A stretch of DNA of 63,909 nucleotides, filler included, from Bigelowiella natans CCMP2755 (taxonomy: Eukaryota; Protista; Cercozoa), in assembly GCA_000320545.1 (NCBI GenBank). It is 8 parts of 8 records of this genome, joined end to end, with 100 filler letters (N's around TTAATTAATTAA, not from the genome) between each part and the next. Parts side by side here need not be neighbours in the genome. Positions count along the whole stretch, not along the records: positions 11,364 to 30,079 come from ADNK01001443.1; 7 more parts are not named here. The stretch is one strand, 5' to 3'. The translations under genes and the position numbers were made by a program. Positions 12,998 to 26,437 of this stretch are shown one piece after another. Position 1 is the first letter of the stretch. The number at the start of each line of letters is the position of its first letter. The notes below the pieces were generated by a model that saw nothing but the letters and a program-made list of their open reading frames with translations, did no database searches and was not told the DNA's origin.

Positions 12998-13519
12998 TGC
13001 TGTGCGCATGCTAGCATGCTAGCATGGCACCTTCTGGCCTTTGCTAGCTTGCGAGCAGCGCGGGCTTCGAGATGCAGCATTGGTGCGCGAAGTCTGATTG
13101 AAGTTGTGGCACACGTTGCAAGTCGAGTCGATGCATCCACAGATGCAAGTGCTAGAAGTGCCCTGTCGTTTCGCCGTGCGATGCATGCCATTCTAGCATT
13201 TGTGCATGCCAGCTAGAATGCTAGAATGCTGGAATGCTAGAATGGTGCACAGTTGAAGATGTAGACAGTCTGGCTAGCTGGATTCTTCTGGTGTTGCATG
13301 ACGACGCGTAGCAGCATGCTCCATTTTGCGCGGCTCCGATCGTTGCATTTTGTCTATATCTAGTTTATTGTCACAACGTACGCCATGATCACCGATCAGC
13401 GTTTTCAAATTGTTCGCCAACGTGTCTCGACCAGCACACATGCTATGCCCACACACATGACTTCAATCATGTTTATCAATGCTGCTGAGACACTTCATAT
13501 ATCATGGTGCATACATGAA

Positions 13520-15180
13520 TCACGTTATGTTCATTCCCCTTACACCGGGATCGAACCAGGATAGATAATCGTTGCCTCTTCTTCTCCCTCGTGCACTTCG
13601 TCCCTTGAACCTGTTCGCGCGCTGAGCTCCTGCACGTATAATCTTCTCCCTAACCACCTCGTGGCTGTCCATATAGGGGCCGAAGCGAAGCGATGATGAG
13701 GGATCTGCACCAATCTTCATCCTATCAAGAGACTCGCGCACGCTCTCCTGCAAATCAAAGTGTTGGTATGCAGAAACAATAAAAAACTGATAGCTGCAGG
13801 ATGTACTGTACTAGTTGTGCATAGTTCTGCATGTGCTTTACTATCCTTCTTCATACGCATATTGTTTTACGTTCGCTCTGAGCTTAAATGCTTCTGAATC
13901 CTTAAGGTATCTTGAAACCAAACGGGGGGGAGAGAAGGGGGTGATACAACAGTTCAGAATGGCTGTGTCGACAATTAGTCACGGTTCCACTCTCTCTCCC
14001 TAGAATTTACCCTCCATTTTACTACTTTTCGTTGTGTGTGGAGGGGGGTGGGGAAGGGGGGGGGGTTACAACTAACAATTTTGCTGCGTCGGGATTGTGG
14101 CAAAGGTTGAGCTCCTTTCCCTTCCTTAAAGCAACTGCTTTCTTGTCACAATCGTCTTTTTCAGGCCCAGCATTCTCGTCTTCAGTTTTCTTATCGCCAT
14201 CGATCTCCACACCTCCCCCCTCCTCGTCGTCTTCAAGATCGCGCCAGAACTTTTCGTGAAAGTAAAACGCCTGCCACGTTGTGCAGCAATTGTGTGTGTG
14301 CCATGCATCTTTTAATACGTCATGTAACAATTGACGCGTATGCATAGATACGTTTTATATGTGCTCGTGTATATATGATATGACTGTACGGGTTAGTTCC
14401 GGGGTTTCGGAGAGGAGACCCAACCAAAAGTAGCAGTTGTAGTAGTAGTAGTAGCAGCAGCAGCAGCAGTAGTATCACCTCTTTAATATACGTCATCAAT
14501 TTGAGAATATAGCCACCAGCAGGGCCTCCTCCAGAAGTGGGTAACTTCAAGTGTGAAGGAATTACAAAAAAGAAGCATCATCATCGGCACACATGCCACT
14601 ACGGTGCCAATATACTAACACACAATATTAAAATGCGAATCGGCCGATTTCGATTCTCCACCCTCCCCCCCCCCCCCCCGAAATTCAACTGAACAATTCT
14701 TAGCTTGGAAATACGTGTTCTATATTGTTGTTTTTCTCCTGCGTATCCTCCTCCTCATCCTTCTCCTCACCATCAGCATCATCATCATTATAATGATTAG
14801 TTTGAATCTTAACAACACGCACATTGGCCGGTTTGAGATCGAGCTGCCGGGACTTTGGGGAGATGAGCGGATGGAATATGTTTATGTCGAATACAACTTT
14901 CGGTTCTCCTTCAGTTGGATACCTTAAATAGGCAGAATCCAAGATTATATTCGCACGTAATCAGTCGCATAAAACTCTTCAAGCGAGACGTATTCGTCGA
15001 AAGGCTTTGACAAAAAGTTGTTTTTGGGTGTTCAGGAACGAATTGTAACAGTCAACAGAAGCAGGGAAGGGGAACGTAGCGCCGAGGTATTTTATGTTTG
15101 CTTGTTTGGTATCATGTTTGGTATCAATGCATTTATCGTTTATTAGCGCCATTAAAACTATTTCTCTCCTCCCCCCCTCC

Positions 15181-15227
<47 letters not shown>

Positions 15228-15602
15228 AGCAGAGACATACAAAGCCCGCACACCAAAAACAATACGATGTGTCTTATATGTGGCTGATCAGAAATTTCGA
15301 TTGAGATCTATGTTTATGCGTGCATGTTTGGTGGAGGACATTTCTGGTAGCGAGACGCAGAACTTAAACGCGCCTCCTGTATACCTGAAACAGGTATAAA
15401 CATCAATGATGGGAAATGGGTAGAGTCACCATCTGTCCGCGCTCCTACTTAATGCTTTCGTCGCCGCTCCTTCTTCTACGCGCTGCACTTACTCGCCCTC
15501 ATGGATGAAGAGCACTCCATACCACTGGTGCAATGACTCGAATCCGGGTATCACATAAACACCACTCTCCACGCGACCAATCATCGTTTTGCTGCCAGAT
15601 AT

Positions 15603-15641
<39 letters not shown>

Positions 15642-16139
15642 AATCTATTATGAAAAACAGTGTCAATCATCATATGATTTTACATATAGTACTGGTGCGA
15701 TACTCAGGCCCATTAGCATCGACCCACACTCATTCCTCACATCCCTCCTCATCTTTGACTACAATTTCTTACTATTCCATCAGGATGGCGTATTCCCTCA
15801 GCTTCTTCTGGTAGGCCTTCCCGGGTGTCTTCAAAGGGGGGGAAAGACAGTGATAGGTTCAGGAAATGAGATATGTTGGGAACAAGCAAAAATATAGATT
15901 GGGTTGAATTAAAAGGGTCAGGGAGTAGAAGAGGAATATAGCTGTTTTCCCCCTGCTTTCCGTACAGTGTGTTGCTTCATTCTACTACAGCAGGTGCAGA
16001 CCAAATTGACTTACCAATTTCTCCTCTTGATCTTTTTCCTTTCCACCGTCCGTATTCTCAACACTCTGGATAAGAAAATACAGTTAACGGTCGTTTTTGC
16101 TTCTCGTCTGTCTGGTAAACGAAGAGGTACCTCAAGCAT
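13520..16139 (-). CDS. AKTIP: AKTIP/FTS ubiquitin-conjugating enzyme variant (UEV), multi-exon
   Basis: Exons give KKLREYAILMEY, SGVYVIPGFESLHQWYGVLFIHEG, YTGGAFKFCVSLPE, YPTEGEPKVVFDINIFHPLISPKSRQLDL (HPL motif, no catalytic Cys) and C-terminal SSLRFGPY...VREKI...LSWFDPG, all matching the AKTIP pattern. Confidence 0.85.
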
Positions 16140-16565
16140 ATTTTCGTCCGAGTATTACTGTCAAAAGTGATTCAGCGTTTCTGTAAATTCCGAGGCGGAG
16201 GGATTATCAGGAAGATATCGAGGGGCCAGCACGGCCACGTCGGTTTTGAGTATGGTGGAGTTGGTGGAGGGAGGGAAGGAAGGATTGTTGATTTATTTGT
16301 TTGGAGCACGAAAGGGTTAAGATTTAAGTGGATTATATTTCCGGGTAATATTGTAACAATTCAGGCTATTCAATAATAGCGACTACGTCTATGTCGACGG
16401 AAAGGATTAGTTCCTTTTTCAGCTTCTCCAACATCGATCTAGGCTCTAGGCAGAACACAAGTGATTATACACCTACGACAACACCTTATCTTTGTTTTTT
16501 GAATAAAATATGTGCTCTTTTGATCCTCAGTTTTCGACCGGGCTTGGCCTCGACAGAAGGAGGAT

Positions 16566-17300
16566 ATGGACGGGGGCGGCGACGAGGAAGACGACCTCTA
16601 CGGTGACGTCAATGGGACCCTCCAGGATATGAGGTTACATAAGATGGGACAGGAGCTAGAGAGTGCACAGGAGGAGGTACGGATATGTAGGGAGAATGCT
16701 GAAGTCAAAGCTGCTCAGGTATGATTAAACGACAGATCGTTGATGAAGGCTCGAAAACGCGGGAAAGCAATCACAAATTCACGCACAAATCCAACGGACA
16801 AAACTGACTGTGATAGTTCAATACAGCACATTCACATTTATTCGGTCGATCACTTGATCCATCAGGTGAAGAAGCTACGCCACCGCCTCGCGATTGCATA
16901 CAGGAACATATCCATCTTGTATAAGACAGCGAAGAATGAGATTCAAAGAAAGGATAACACCATCAAAGAACTCAGGAAGGTTGCAGAATCCAGGCCGCAT
17001 CGTACGAGAAAACGATTCTCCGAGGCCAGCAATGAATCCGAGGGAAATAAACGCTATAGACAGACAAGTTCCTATTCGGAGTCGAAAAGTAGATCTAGCA
17101 AAAACACGACGGCAGCAATAACAACAACAACAACAAGAAGCACCACAACCACCATAAAGAGAAACGCACCAATCGTCACGCATGAGCGTCGAAGTGAGCG
17201 AGCTCCCGATTCAATAACTTCGCCGCATAATCGGCAACACCAAGTAGGAAGGCGCACAAATTTTGAAAAAATAGACCGAAGATCTAGGGCTCCAAGATGA
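16566..17300 (+). CDS. Short protein with a FLASH/CASP8AP2-type N-terminal coiled coil, two exons
   Basis: MDGGGDEEDDLYGDV...KAAQ, then an intron (~16719-16865), then VKKLRHRLAIAYRNISILYKTAKNEIQRKDNTI. This matches the DLY and NISxLxKTAxxEIxRKD signature; the tail is R/S-rich. Confidence 0.7.
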
Positions 17301-18170
17301 TGACGTAACGAACGTACTCGCGGGGCTCCGAACGCTTACTAGCAAATGACGACGTATATCTTAGTGTGTACATCACATCATTGTTGCGATAAAGTAAGCG
17401 CATTCATCAGTGAAATGAAGACGAAGTGCTGAAGATAGTTCAATAATCTGTCGATGTATTGGTTGTGTACCTATGTATGAGACGGATGTAATGAATCAGT
17501 TAAATATGTTCAATTGTCATCCTAACATAGCTGTGCAAAGCCGCGACTACAGCGCTTAAACTGTACTCGTTTGTTTCTGCTATGATGTCAAGCATGTAGA
17601 ATGGATCGCACATATGAGACGGATGTAATGAAATGTTTAAATTGTTTCAATGGTCATCCTAATGTAGCACATATGTCTCCATCTAGCTATAGCTGTGCGC
17701 ACAAAGTTGAAACTGTGCGTGTGACATCGATCTGCGTACGCATTACAACTAATCCTCGTTAGCTGTAAATGTAGACAAAACATCACATCATGCACATTTG
17801 ACACTCCATGCGACGTTGCGATGTCTAGCACAAGATGGCCATGTGCATGCTAGCTAGCATGTTATCAAAAAACTTCATTGCATCCGTCTCGCGTTTGCAC
17901 ACGCACGGTCGCAATTGCGGCCCGGACCAAAACAGACATCTAGTCACAATGGAGCAGCTTCAAGGTCACCAATGTGTGAGAAAATTCATCTCAGCGCGCT
18001 GCCATCGTGTTCATGACAAAACTTGTTGTTTCGAGAACTGCAAGCAAGCACGATTCTTAGCAGTTGCAGCATGCTGCATGGCTACATGCATTGCAAGTGC
18101 GCGCTCGCTACATGAGGAAGCACTAGAGCAGCCGGAATGCTAATGAATCGAGGTTTAGATGACCCATGGC

Positions 18171-18931
18171 CTAGTGATTGCGTCTGGACCGTTTGCTCGG
18201 TTCTTTTCTCGAGCTTGAAGACGAGCTCGAGTTTCGCTTTTTGTTTCTTTCCGTTGTCTCTTGAACCTCTTCTTGCCTTTGAAGAATTGTTTCAAGTTGT
18301 CCCAAGGGCTTGTCATTTTCTTTGCTATAGGGATTGCGAGCATGGTAAACTCCTGCATTATTCCATGCGATATGAGAACGTTTGTCAAAATATGAGTTGA
18401 AAGCATCCGACCTCCTGCACGAAGTTCGTCGATTCCATTGTACGTCCATATAGTTGGCACTCCCTTCTCTCTGATGTTCGAGAGGAATAGTAAGACGAAA
18501 GTTTCAGTTTCAAAATGATAGTTCCTCAGATGACTGCTAGAATCAAGTACCTGTTATTCTTTCGTATTGTTTCTGCCTCTTTTAGATTTTTGGCCACCAA
18601 ATTCATGCCTTAGTTCCATATTAGCACACCGCATAAAGTTAGAAACCATCTGGGAAAATTTGTAGCGAGTGTAAGCAGTCCCTACCACCGCATCTTGTGT
18701 GTATAAAATGCCTGACGACGGACGGCTCTGGCCCTTCCTGAGGTAAGAGAAATCGTGCTCAGTGTGAGGATATACTAGAAAGAATCAAGGTTTCACAGGG
18801 GAAAAGGACCTGCGCGTGACTGGATGATCTTTCTTTGTTCTGAAAGGAGGAAGGATTGAAAGGAGGAAGGATTAACAGGTATTTAGATTGAGAAGTGGTT
18901 GAGAAATCATTGTAACTGTCACCTTTCGCTC

Positions 18932-18970
<39 letters not shown>

Positions 18971-20362
18971 CTTTGTCATCTCAGATTCGGTGTCATGTGC
19001 TGATGCCCTGGCAGGAAGACCACCTCGAGAACGTGTATATAATCCGACACGCATGGCTGTCCCTGAATTTTAGACTCTACCCGATATCTGGGAGCCACCT
19101 TCTGATACGTACTTACACAACAAGACGCATCAAAAAGTCTCATTTCCTCAGATCAGTGCTGCGTAATTCGACAAACGATAAGACTCGAGTAATGAGCTAC
19201 CTTGTATCCCACAACACGCCTCTCCCGGATTTCCTTACCCACTTGCCCATTTTGGAGTAAAGCCCGTCCACAACGACATAATTCAAGATTTTTTTCAGCC
19301 GAATCGACAGCATCTTATGCAGCTTTGTCTTCTGATCAGCACTAAGGTCGCTTGCACGGGGAACGCGAAATGTAGCGTAGTCATTGAGGACTCCAAGGTA
19401 TCCGTCGCAGAAATTTCTGAGGAGAAACAATGAGAATGAGTCTAGTAGTGCTTAGGGCAGAGTAAAGATAGCAACAATAGTAAGGACTCCACCCCACTCC
19501 ACCCCACTCCATCCCAACGTTTGTCGCACAGGGTTGACTCTATTCGGGTCTTTCGGTCCGGTCCGACGTTTCTCCAGACAAATTGAGGAGGCGGGGGAAC
19601 AGGGCGCGGTGGAACTATTTTACCAGCAAATCTTCTCAGTATATATCTCAACTACATGCAAATTGGAATCTTTCAGAGCTTCGAAGGTCCGTCATCATTC
19701 AGGATTTGAAAATATCGACTGCTCTTCTTACTTTCTAAATTGTGGGCTGTGTGTACATAGCCAAAGGAATTAGATCAAGCTACACTCTGTTACCTTTTAT
19801 ATTGACACGTCTTTCTTTTCCGCTATAAGTCACCTTCCCCTTGAAGGTAGACTCCAACAAATCGCGCTCAACCGTGATTCTAGACGTCCCATCTTCCATT
19901 TCTTCCGTTTTAGATTTCCCACGTTGATAGTTGAAGGTCACCGTCCCGCGCTCATCAGAACACACCTCACCACAGACACAGCGAGCCTCAATATTCACAT
20001 TAAGTAAACGTTTACCGTCCTGACTAAGGTCGAGCTGTTCGGGATCCACATGCAGCTTCGTGAACGAATGTTCTACCCTCAGCTTCAGTTTGTTAGATGA
20101 GTCGAAGAATATCTCGTAATCTCCCGGGTTAAGACGTTTCATGTCTACCTTGAGCTTCCCTTTTACTACTTCTAAAGTTTGTTTATTGCTGCCCTCTCTC
20201 ATCAGTTTTGCACTTTTCTTTGCGATTGGTTTTAATTGATTTTCGTATTTGTCTTCTAACGTGAGCTGTTTTGTTCGGGTACCAGCTGATGCAAAGACGT
20301 AAATACGGTACTTGTCAATGCATACGTTATCGCATAGAAGGGAGAGATGAGAGAAAGAAAGA

Positions 20363-20412
<50 letters not shown>

Positions 20413-23400
20413 CACAGAAAATACAAATTTTGCAAAAGTAGGGGTTATTGCTAAAACAACTCTGCTCTGTGAAACCTATGTGCATGCTCTCCATACGATA
20501 ATCTCTCTTCTTTTCTCAAAACTGGAAAGCATATACACCAGCGTAGCTTAGATTTTTAAAAATGAGTGTTGTGACCACTGCAATTCCAAGAGATTTTATC
20601 ATCATCAATTTTCCACTTAAAGGGATCTCCCCGTTCCAAATTGATCTCCTTTTCGTGCGAAAAAGGCTCAACCCCATCAAAGTTGGCTTCGACTCTTACA
20701 AGGTATTTGTCATCTTTAAGATCTCCTGGTATTTTCTTTGGTATTTGAAGATTGTACGAGTAGTCTTGCTTCAGGTCGATTTTCTTCCCGTTTATGTACA
20801 CAGTAAGCCTCCCATCGTTCATCTGATCGTCCTGTGAACGTCGACGTTTTCTCCTTCGAACGAGTTCGTGTTTAATGTTGCTGTCCTTGTAAACTACAAA
20901 TTGAATCTTTTTAGGGTCTTCCCCAACCTTAACCTTGTCCGGCGCTTTTATTTCGAGGTATACGGGCTCGTTGTGCGCTTTCACGTTCATGCGGAACTCT
21001 GACTTCTTCTTACCCCACTTCAATTCCACCCTCGCGCGTAACTATGTAATCACAAGAAGAAGAATCAATATGCAATCTCAAGTCAGATTGGTATATCATC
21101 AATAGATTAGTATTGTGAATGTCAGCATTGTTCTCTTGCTGCATTCGCATTGAGTCAACAAGTTACCTTGCCCGTTTTCTCCTTCTTGTCGTCCAAGAAA
21201 TATTCTTCGCCTAGCTCTAGATGGGTTTCTTCAACTATACCAAGCCGTCCATTTTCTCTCTCCAAGGTCTTGGGTGCTTCAAAAATGTTTTTCCACTCGC
21301 CTTTTGATTTAACTTTCATCATGACCGTCACCTTCTCGTCTGGTAACTCCGTGGTAGTGTAACCATATTTATCGCAAAATTTGCCTTGCGCAATAACATC
21401 GTTGATGAAAGTTTCAATATTAGTACTGTCGCTCTTGTCAAGAAGCTTGTACGTGTTCCGAATCGCTTTGATATCGTCTGGGGGGATCCATTTGTCCGGA
21501 ACTCCGGGACTTATCTTAAATCGAAATGATGAGCCTTCTTCCAGGGAAGAGTGAGAAACGGTTGCCTCTATTTCATCCTCCCAATCCTTCGAAAGTTCTC
21601 CGTTCCCTTTATCTTTGGGAGAAATCTTGAGGATTTCGAAGCAAAACCTATATTGATCCTCTCGCGAACGCGAAAGCTTCGAAGTTTTAATCTTTAATCC
21701 GGCGTCCTTTTCAGTCTTTACAGATATGATTTCCGAAAAGATCTGTTTGAAAAGGGATTGAAAGCAAAAAAGTGAGAAGGATGAATTGGTTTTTCCAGCT
21801 AAATTCCTTTCGCAGTTGAAGCCCTTAAAAGGCGAAAGTCAAGTCATGCAAAAGCAGAAAAAGAGGCCAAACACCAAACATTTGACCTCGAAACATTTGA
21901 CCTCGAAATTCATGTCCTTAAAAAAGATACGATTGCCACGTATGTCCTGAACCTCGAATTCAAATCTGCTCCATTCAGGGTTACTTCCTAGACGAGCTTC
22001 GAGGTCGTCGTCGAATTCCACGAGCACTATTTTATAAGGGTCTCCAGGCTCCACTGTGAAATGTGCTTCGTATAGAAGCGGTTTCCAGGGTTTCTCATGT
22101 ACTTCTTTGTCCACGAAAAACTGAGCTGTGTGCGGCCCTGGGTCCAACTCTTTGAGATTCAGAGAATAACCTTTGCTTGGATATGAAAAATTGCGTAAAA
22201 ACTTCTTGTCGTTCCAGAGTTTGAAGTCTACTCTTTTTGAAGCGATTTCTTTGCCGTCTACGCCTATAACCTTTGGCTTTATGCTTGTGAAGACTCCCTT
22301 ATCGCTTCCAATCTTCCACGTTTTTTTCTCTCTGCAACGACGACAACGATCGAACGGTTCCCAAGAAAAAGATTCTGATTTTGGGTCGTCTGCCTTCTCT
22401 ACTTTTTCCAGTTCTGGGTCTACTTTTGTATCGATACCTTCGAACTTAATACCATCAGGCCAGAATTTTTTTTTTTTTAATCTTTGAATAAGTTTTGGAA
22501 CTTTTTCCGGATCTATCTTGGTTTTAATCTTAAAAAAAGGAACAGAGGTCTTTTCTTGCCTTACATCGTATCTTTCAGGTTTCGGCAAGAGAATCACATT
22601 GACATCAACTTGTGACGCCAAATATTGTCGATCTTTTTTGATTAAATGTTCAGATTTCACAACTACATGTGTGATTTCACCCTTCCTTCCCTTGTTAAAA
22701 GAGACGCAGTCGCCTTTTTTGAAATCGCTCACCTTTTTCTTTTCGCTAAGTTTGGTAGCTTTGTTGAAGGAGTATTCCTCCTTATCTGGCCCCAGATTTT
22801 GAAAAGGGAGGGATATCTGCATATCACACCTACTGCTTACCAATTGGATGAAGTCTTTTATTTTGCTTTGAAGGGTACTGCGTGTAGATCTAGGCTTATC
22901 TAAATCTTTTTCTTTTTCGATTTTTCTTCCGGTCTTTGTGTTGGACAACATCTCTGGTATCGTCTGATCCCTGATCTTTCCTAAATTGAGTTTGTTCCGA
23001 TGTGGCCTGAAGTCCTCCCCAGTAAAGAGGATGAACTGAAGTCGATCTTTTTTCAGCGGTTCTACCTGTCTTGGCCAGAAATGGGAAATACTCTTAGCAC
23101 TACAGGGTGCATTAATGAGCCTGCGTCCTTGCCAGTGCCATTCCACAGCCGGAAGGCTCCTGCCGCTAAAATCTTCCACAGTCAAACCTTCTAAAATTTC
23201 CCCACCAGTCCCATTATCTCTGAGCCATTTTTTGACTAGAGCAGGCGAACTCGGAAATTCATCATCTTCAGAGAACTCTTTGCTTTCGAATTCGACATTG
23301 CAGTCCCCTCCAACACCCTTTTCCTTAACGCATATCCATTTCTTCACACGCTTTCTCCCGGTGTTTTCCTTGCGAATCTTAATCTTCACACTCTCGTCGT

Positions 23401-23788
23401 TGACATTGATATATACACTATCCAGATGATTCTCAGGCTGATGATTTTCATGCTCACCCTCACTCTCAGTCTCTTCGTCTTCAATCTTATTTTCCTCGTC
23501 GTCTCTACCAGCATTATTGCCTCGATCGTTTAAGCGCTGTTCATTCTCATCAGAACGAAGTTTATAATACCCTTCAAACGGCCTCAAATCCGGTTCATCT
23601 TTAGCAGTCACATTCAAGCCTTCCGTAACGTAACTAGGATCCATCTCTTTCCCGTTTTTAAATGGAAGATATAGTGCCATACCCAAGATTTGTTTACCGT
23701 CCAATTCAAATTGAAAATACATTTCCCCAGCCGATCGCTCGTGGCAAAGCCAAAGATGGGACTTCTCATTTCTTAAGCTGTTTTATAC

Positions 23789-23826
<38 letters not shown>

Positions 23827-26272
23827 TGATTAGGAATAGCGTCATTGACGAAATGAATGGGTTTTACTACTACCTGTGGGATTTTTTGTTTAGATCGATA
23901 ACTTCAATGTCGAAGTCTTTAAATTTCCATGTTTCTATATCGAAGAAGCAGTTGTTGGGATACTTATCGATATCATCTTCGGGTTTTTCATCGGGCAGGA
24001 ACTTTTTCATATGTTTTTCGTTATTGGCATGCAGATAGTAATGGTATGTGTTCGCAAGCTGCCGACAAAGTTGAGGGATGTAATTCTGCAGGTATTTCTG
24101 GAGATTTGGCTTAATGTCGTAGAGAACTACTCTTGTAAATTCCTTTTCAATCTTTTCCTCTTCGAGTAACTCCTTTGCGAGCTCAGATTCCCAATACTCC
24201 TTGTAGCAAGGGTCTATTATGTCAAATTTTACCGTTTCTTCCTTGCCGGCTTGGCGCTTGATTTGCCCCAGTTCCATTCTTTGGTCATTTTTACTTTGCC
24301 TCAATCTAATGAGATCGTCAGAGCAGCTCACACATGTCACCTGATATATCATGAAGTACAAGTTTGGACCTACTACTCACAATAACTTGAAACCAATCTC
24401 CAAATCCCATGCTATTATATCCGCTTGATTGACCTCGTTGTTGCCTCTAATTCTGGAATCTACAATTCCTCCCCTCGCCACCAAAAAAATCGCATCTTTT
24501 GCCCCTTCTCCGAAGTAGTTCAATCTTCCATCGACAAAGAAAAATGATCGAGTGCCTACAGAAAGATTGTGTTCGATTAGCTCGAAAAAACACGGATTCA
24601 AATTAAAATTTCACTTCACTTATGTCGCTTTTGCTTCTTGCGCCCTTGTCTTTCTGACTATATCTTAGCATCCAGTATAGTCGAAGCTGATCTGCACTCA
24701 TTCCTGCACCGATGTTAATTATGGAAGCAGAGTACATATATCTTCCTTGCGCCTCACTGTAGTGCCTGTGAAAGCGGATTTTAATGCTAGCTTTCTCACT
24801 TTTGCTTTCAAGAGTGGGTCTTATAGCGTTGTCGATCAGTTCCATAAATGCAATGAGAAGTTTCTGAAAATCTAGAACATCATCGTAGCGCGACTGGCGA
24901 TAAATAGATACTCCAGTAGAAACGTTGATTGTTGATTGAGACATTTCATTCTGTATCGCATTGCTTCCACTTTGGTTTCTTACCCATGAACGAGCTTCAG
25001 GGTAGGCTTCAATTTTCTCTCCGTCTCTAAGATGGTCGTAGGTTTCTCGAGTAAGTTCGAGTCCCTTGTATTCCAGGGTTATAAGGGGTCGTGAATCGAG
25101 ATTTACATCCCAATGACCGCCGATCCAATTTCGCATGTCGTCGTAATTCATATAATTGGTCCGACATCTCGAAACCTTGCCATCCTTGATTTTCCCGCAC
25201 CAATTAATGCAGATTTCGTGCGAACGAGCAGTTAATTTGCTATATTGACTGATTTCCTCCCGAGAATCAACCCTTTCCCCATTGTTGAATAAGTCAATAC
25301 GAGCGTACCGTTGATGTAATCGTTGATGTAATCCGAGCCTTCTAGATTTCTTGATCCTAGATTTCTTGATCCATTCAAGCACTTTTTCCTTCATTTTGTT
25401 GAGAGAATCAATCAGAAATTTCTCTTTAATCTTATGTTTATCCTCAAATTGAAATTCAACGGTCACGAGGTTGCTTCCGGTGGTTTCTCGTAGCATGTCG
25501 AACTTGCCTTCTACTTCTTTCCAGTCAATTATGCTGAAATCGTGACACTCATGAACTGCTTTAAAGAAGTGTCTTTTTTGCTTATCATCTAAGAAGTGTC
25601 TTTTTTTATTATTATATTTCTTTCTAATAAATTCTTCAAACTTCTTTAAGTCGTTTTCCATCTTTTCCTTTACTTCATGGATTGGCAATACCTATTCAAA
25701 ACATAGGCAGGTTCGACACTGTTATTAAATACTTTTTCAAAAAGTCACTCCACCACTAGATGAAAAAAAACTTGACTTATTTGGTGAGGTATGTTAACGC
25801 TTACAATGGTGTTAATTTGCTCAAGATGTTCCTCCTTCAGTGTGTTCTGTACCATCCATGCTTTCAGTACCCTCCAGATATAGTAGATTATAATTGAGTC
25901 TTCCATCGTGAAATACTTTATTTCCGATCTCACACGAGGAACCATGAAATATGCAATGGAAGGGGCTAGCTCCCGATAATGAGCGGGACGCTCACTAAAG
26001 AATTTTGGCTGGACGCGTTTGTATTGCAGGACGCACTGAGTCAATTTATCAATATCTATACTTCCTTGTTGTTTCACGATGAATGATGATGCAGGTTCTA
26101 AAATCCTTACAACATCTTCGACGAATTTTTTTTTATTCTCCCCTTCAGGGACCGCCTCACATATTTGCAAAATACATTTTGCTCCATAATGTTTTTCTAG
26201 GAACCGGAATTCTTGAGGCACTTCGGACTTCGACCCGGATGAGTCCGAGGCATGCTTCGATGGGCGGCTCAT
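18171..26272 (-). CDS. SMCHD1: SMCHD1-like protein (UBL, GHKL ATPase, transducer, Ig-like linker, SMC hinge), multi-exon, about 2000 aa
   Basis: AFMELIDNAI; SIINIGAGMSADQL; LNYFGEGAKDAIF; FTRVVLYDIKP...QNYIPQLCRQLANTYHYYLH; EWHWQGRRLI...DRLQFILFTGEDFRPHRNKL; repeated PGxP motifs in the linker; hinge GYLGVLNDYA...LNYVVVD and NLKEAETIRK...PTIWTYNGIDELRAGG. All are in SMCHD1 order. Confidence 0.85.
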
Positions 26273-26437
26273 TAATTAAACTGAAGTTTCGAACCCTTCC
26301 AGCAGAACCAAGCCTGGATTAAATTTTATGAGTCTTGGGGCCGGCGTGAAGCTGTACTCGAACGTGGACTTCCTTAGCCTTTACTAGCCCTGAGAGAGTT
26401 CGCCAACGACCACCCTTTGGGGCATCCACGCAGAGCA

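Noticed and set aside
12998-13350. CpG methylation decay as the cause of the CA/TG excess
   Set aside because: CpG remains abundant (GCGCG, TCGA, ACG) in these tracts; the depleted dinucleotide is TpA.
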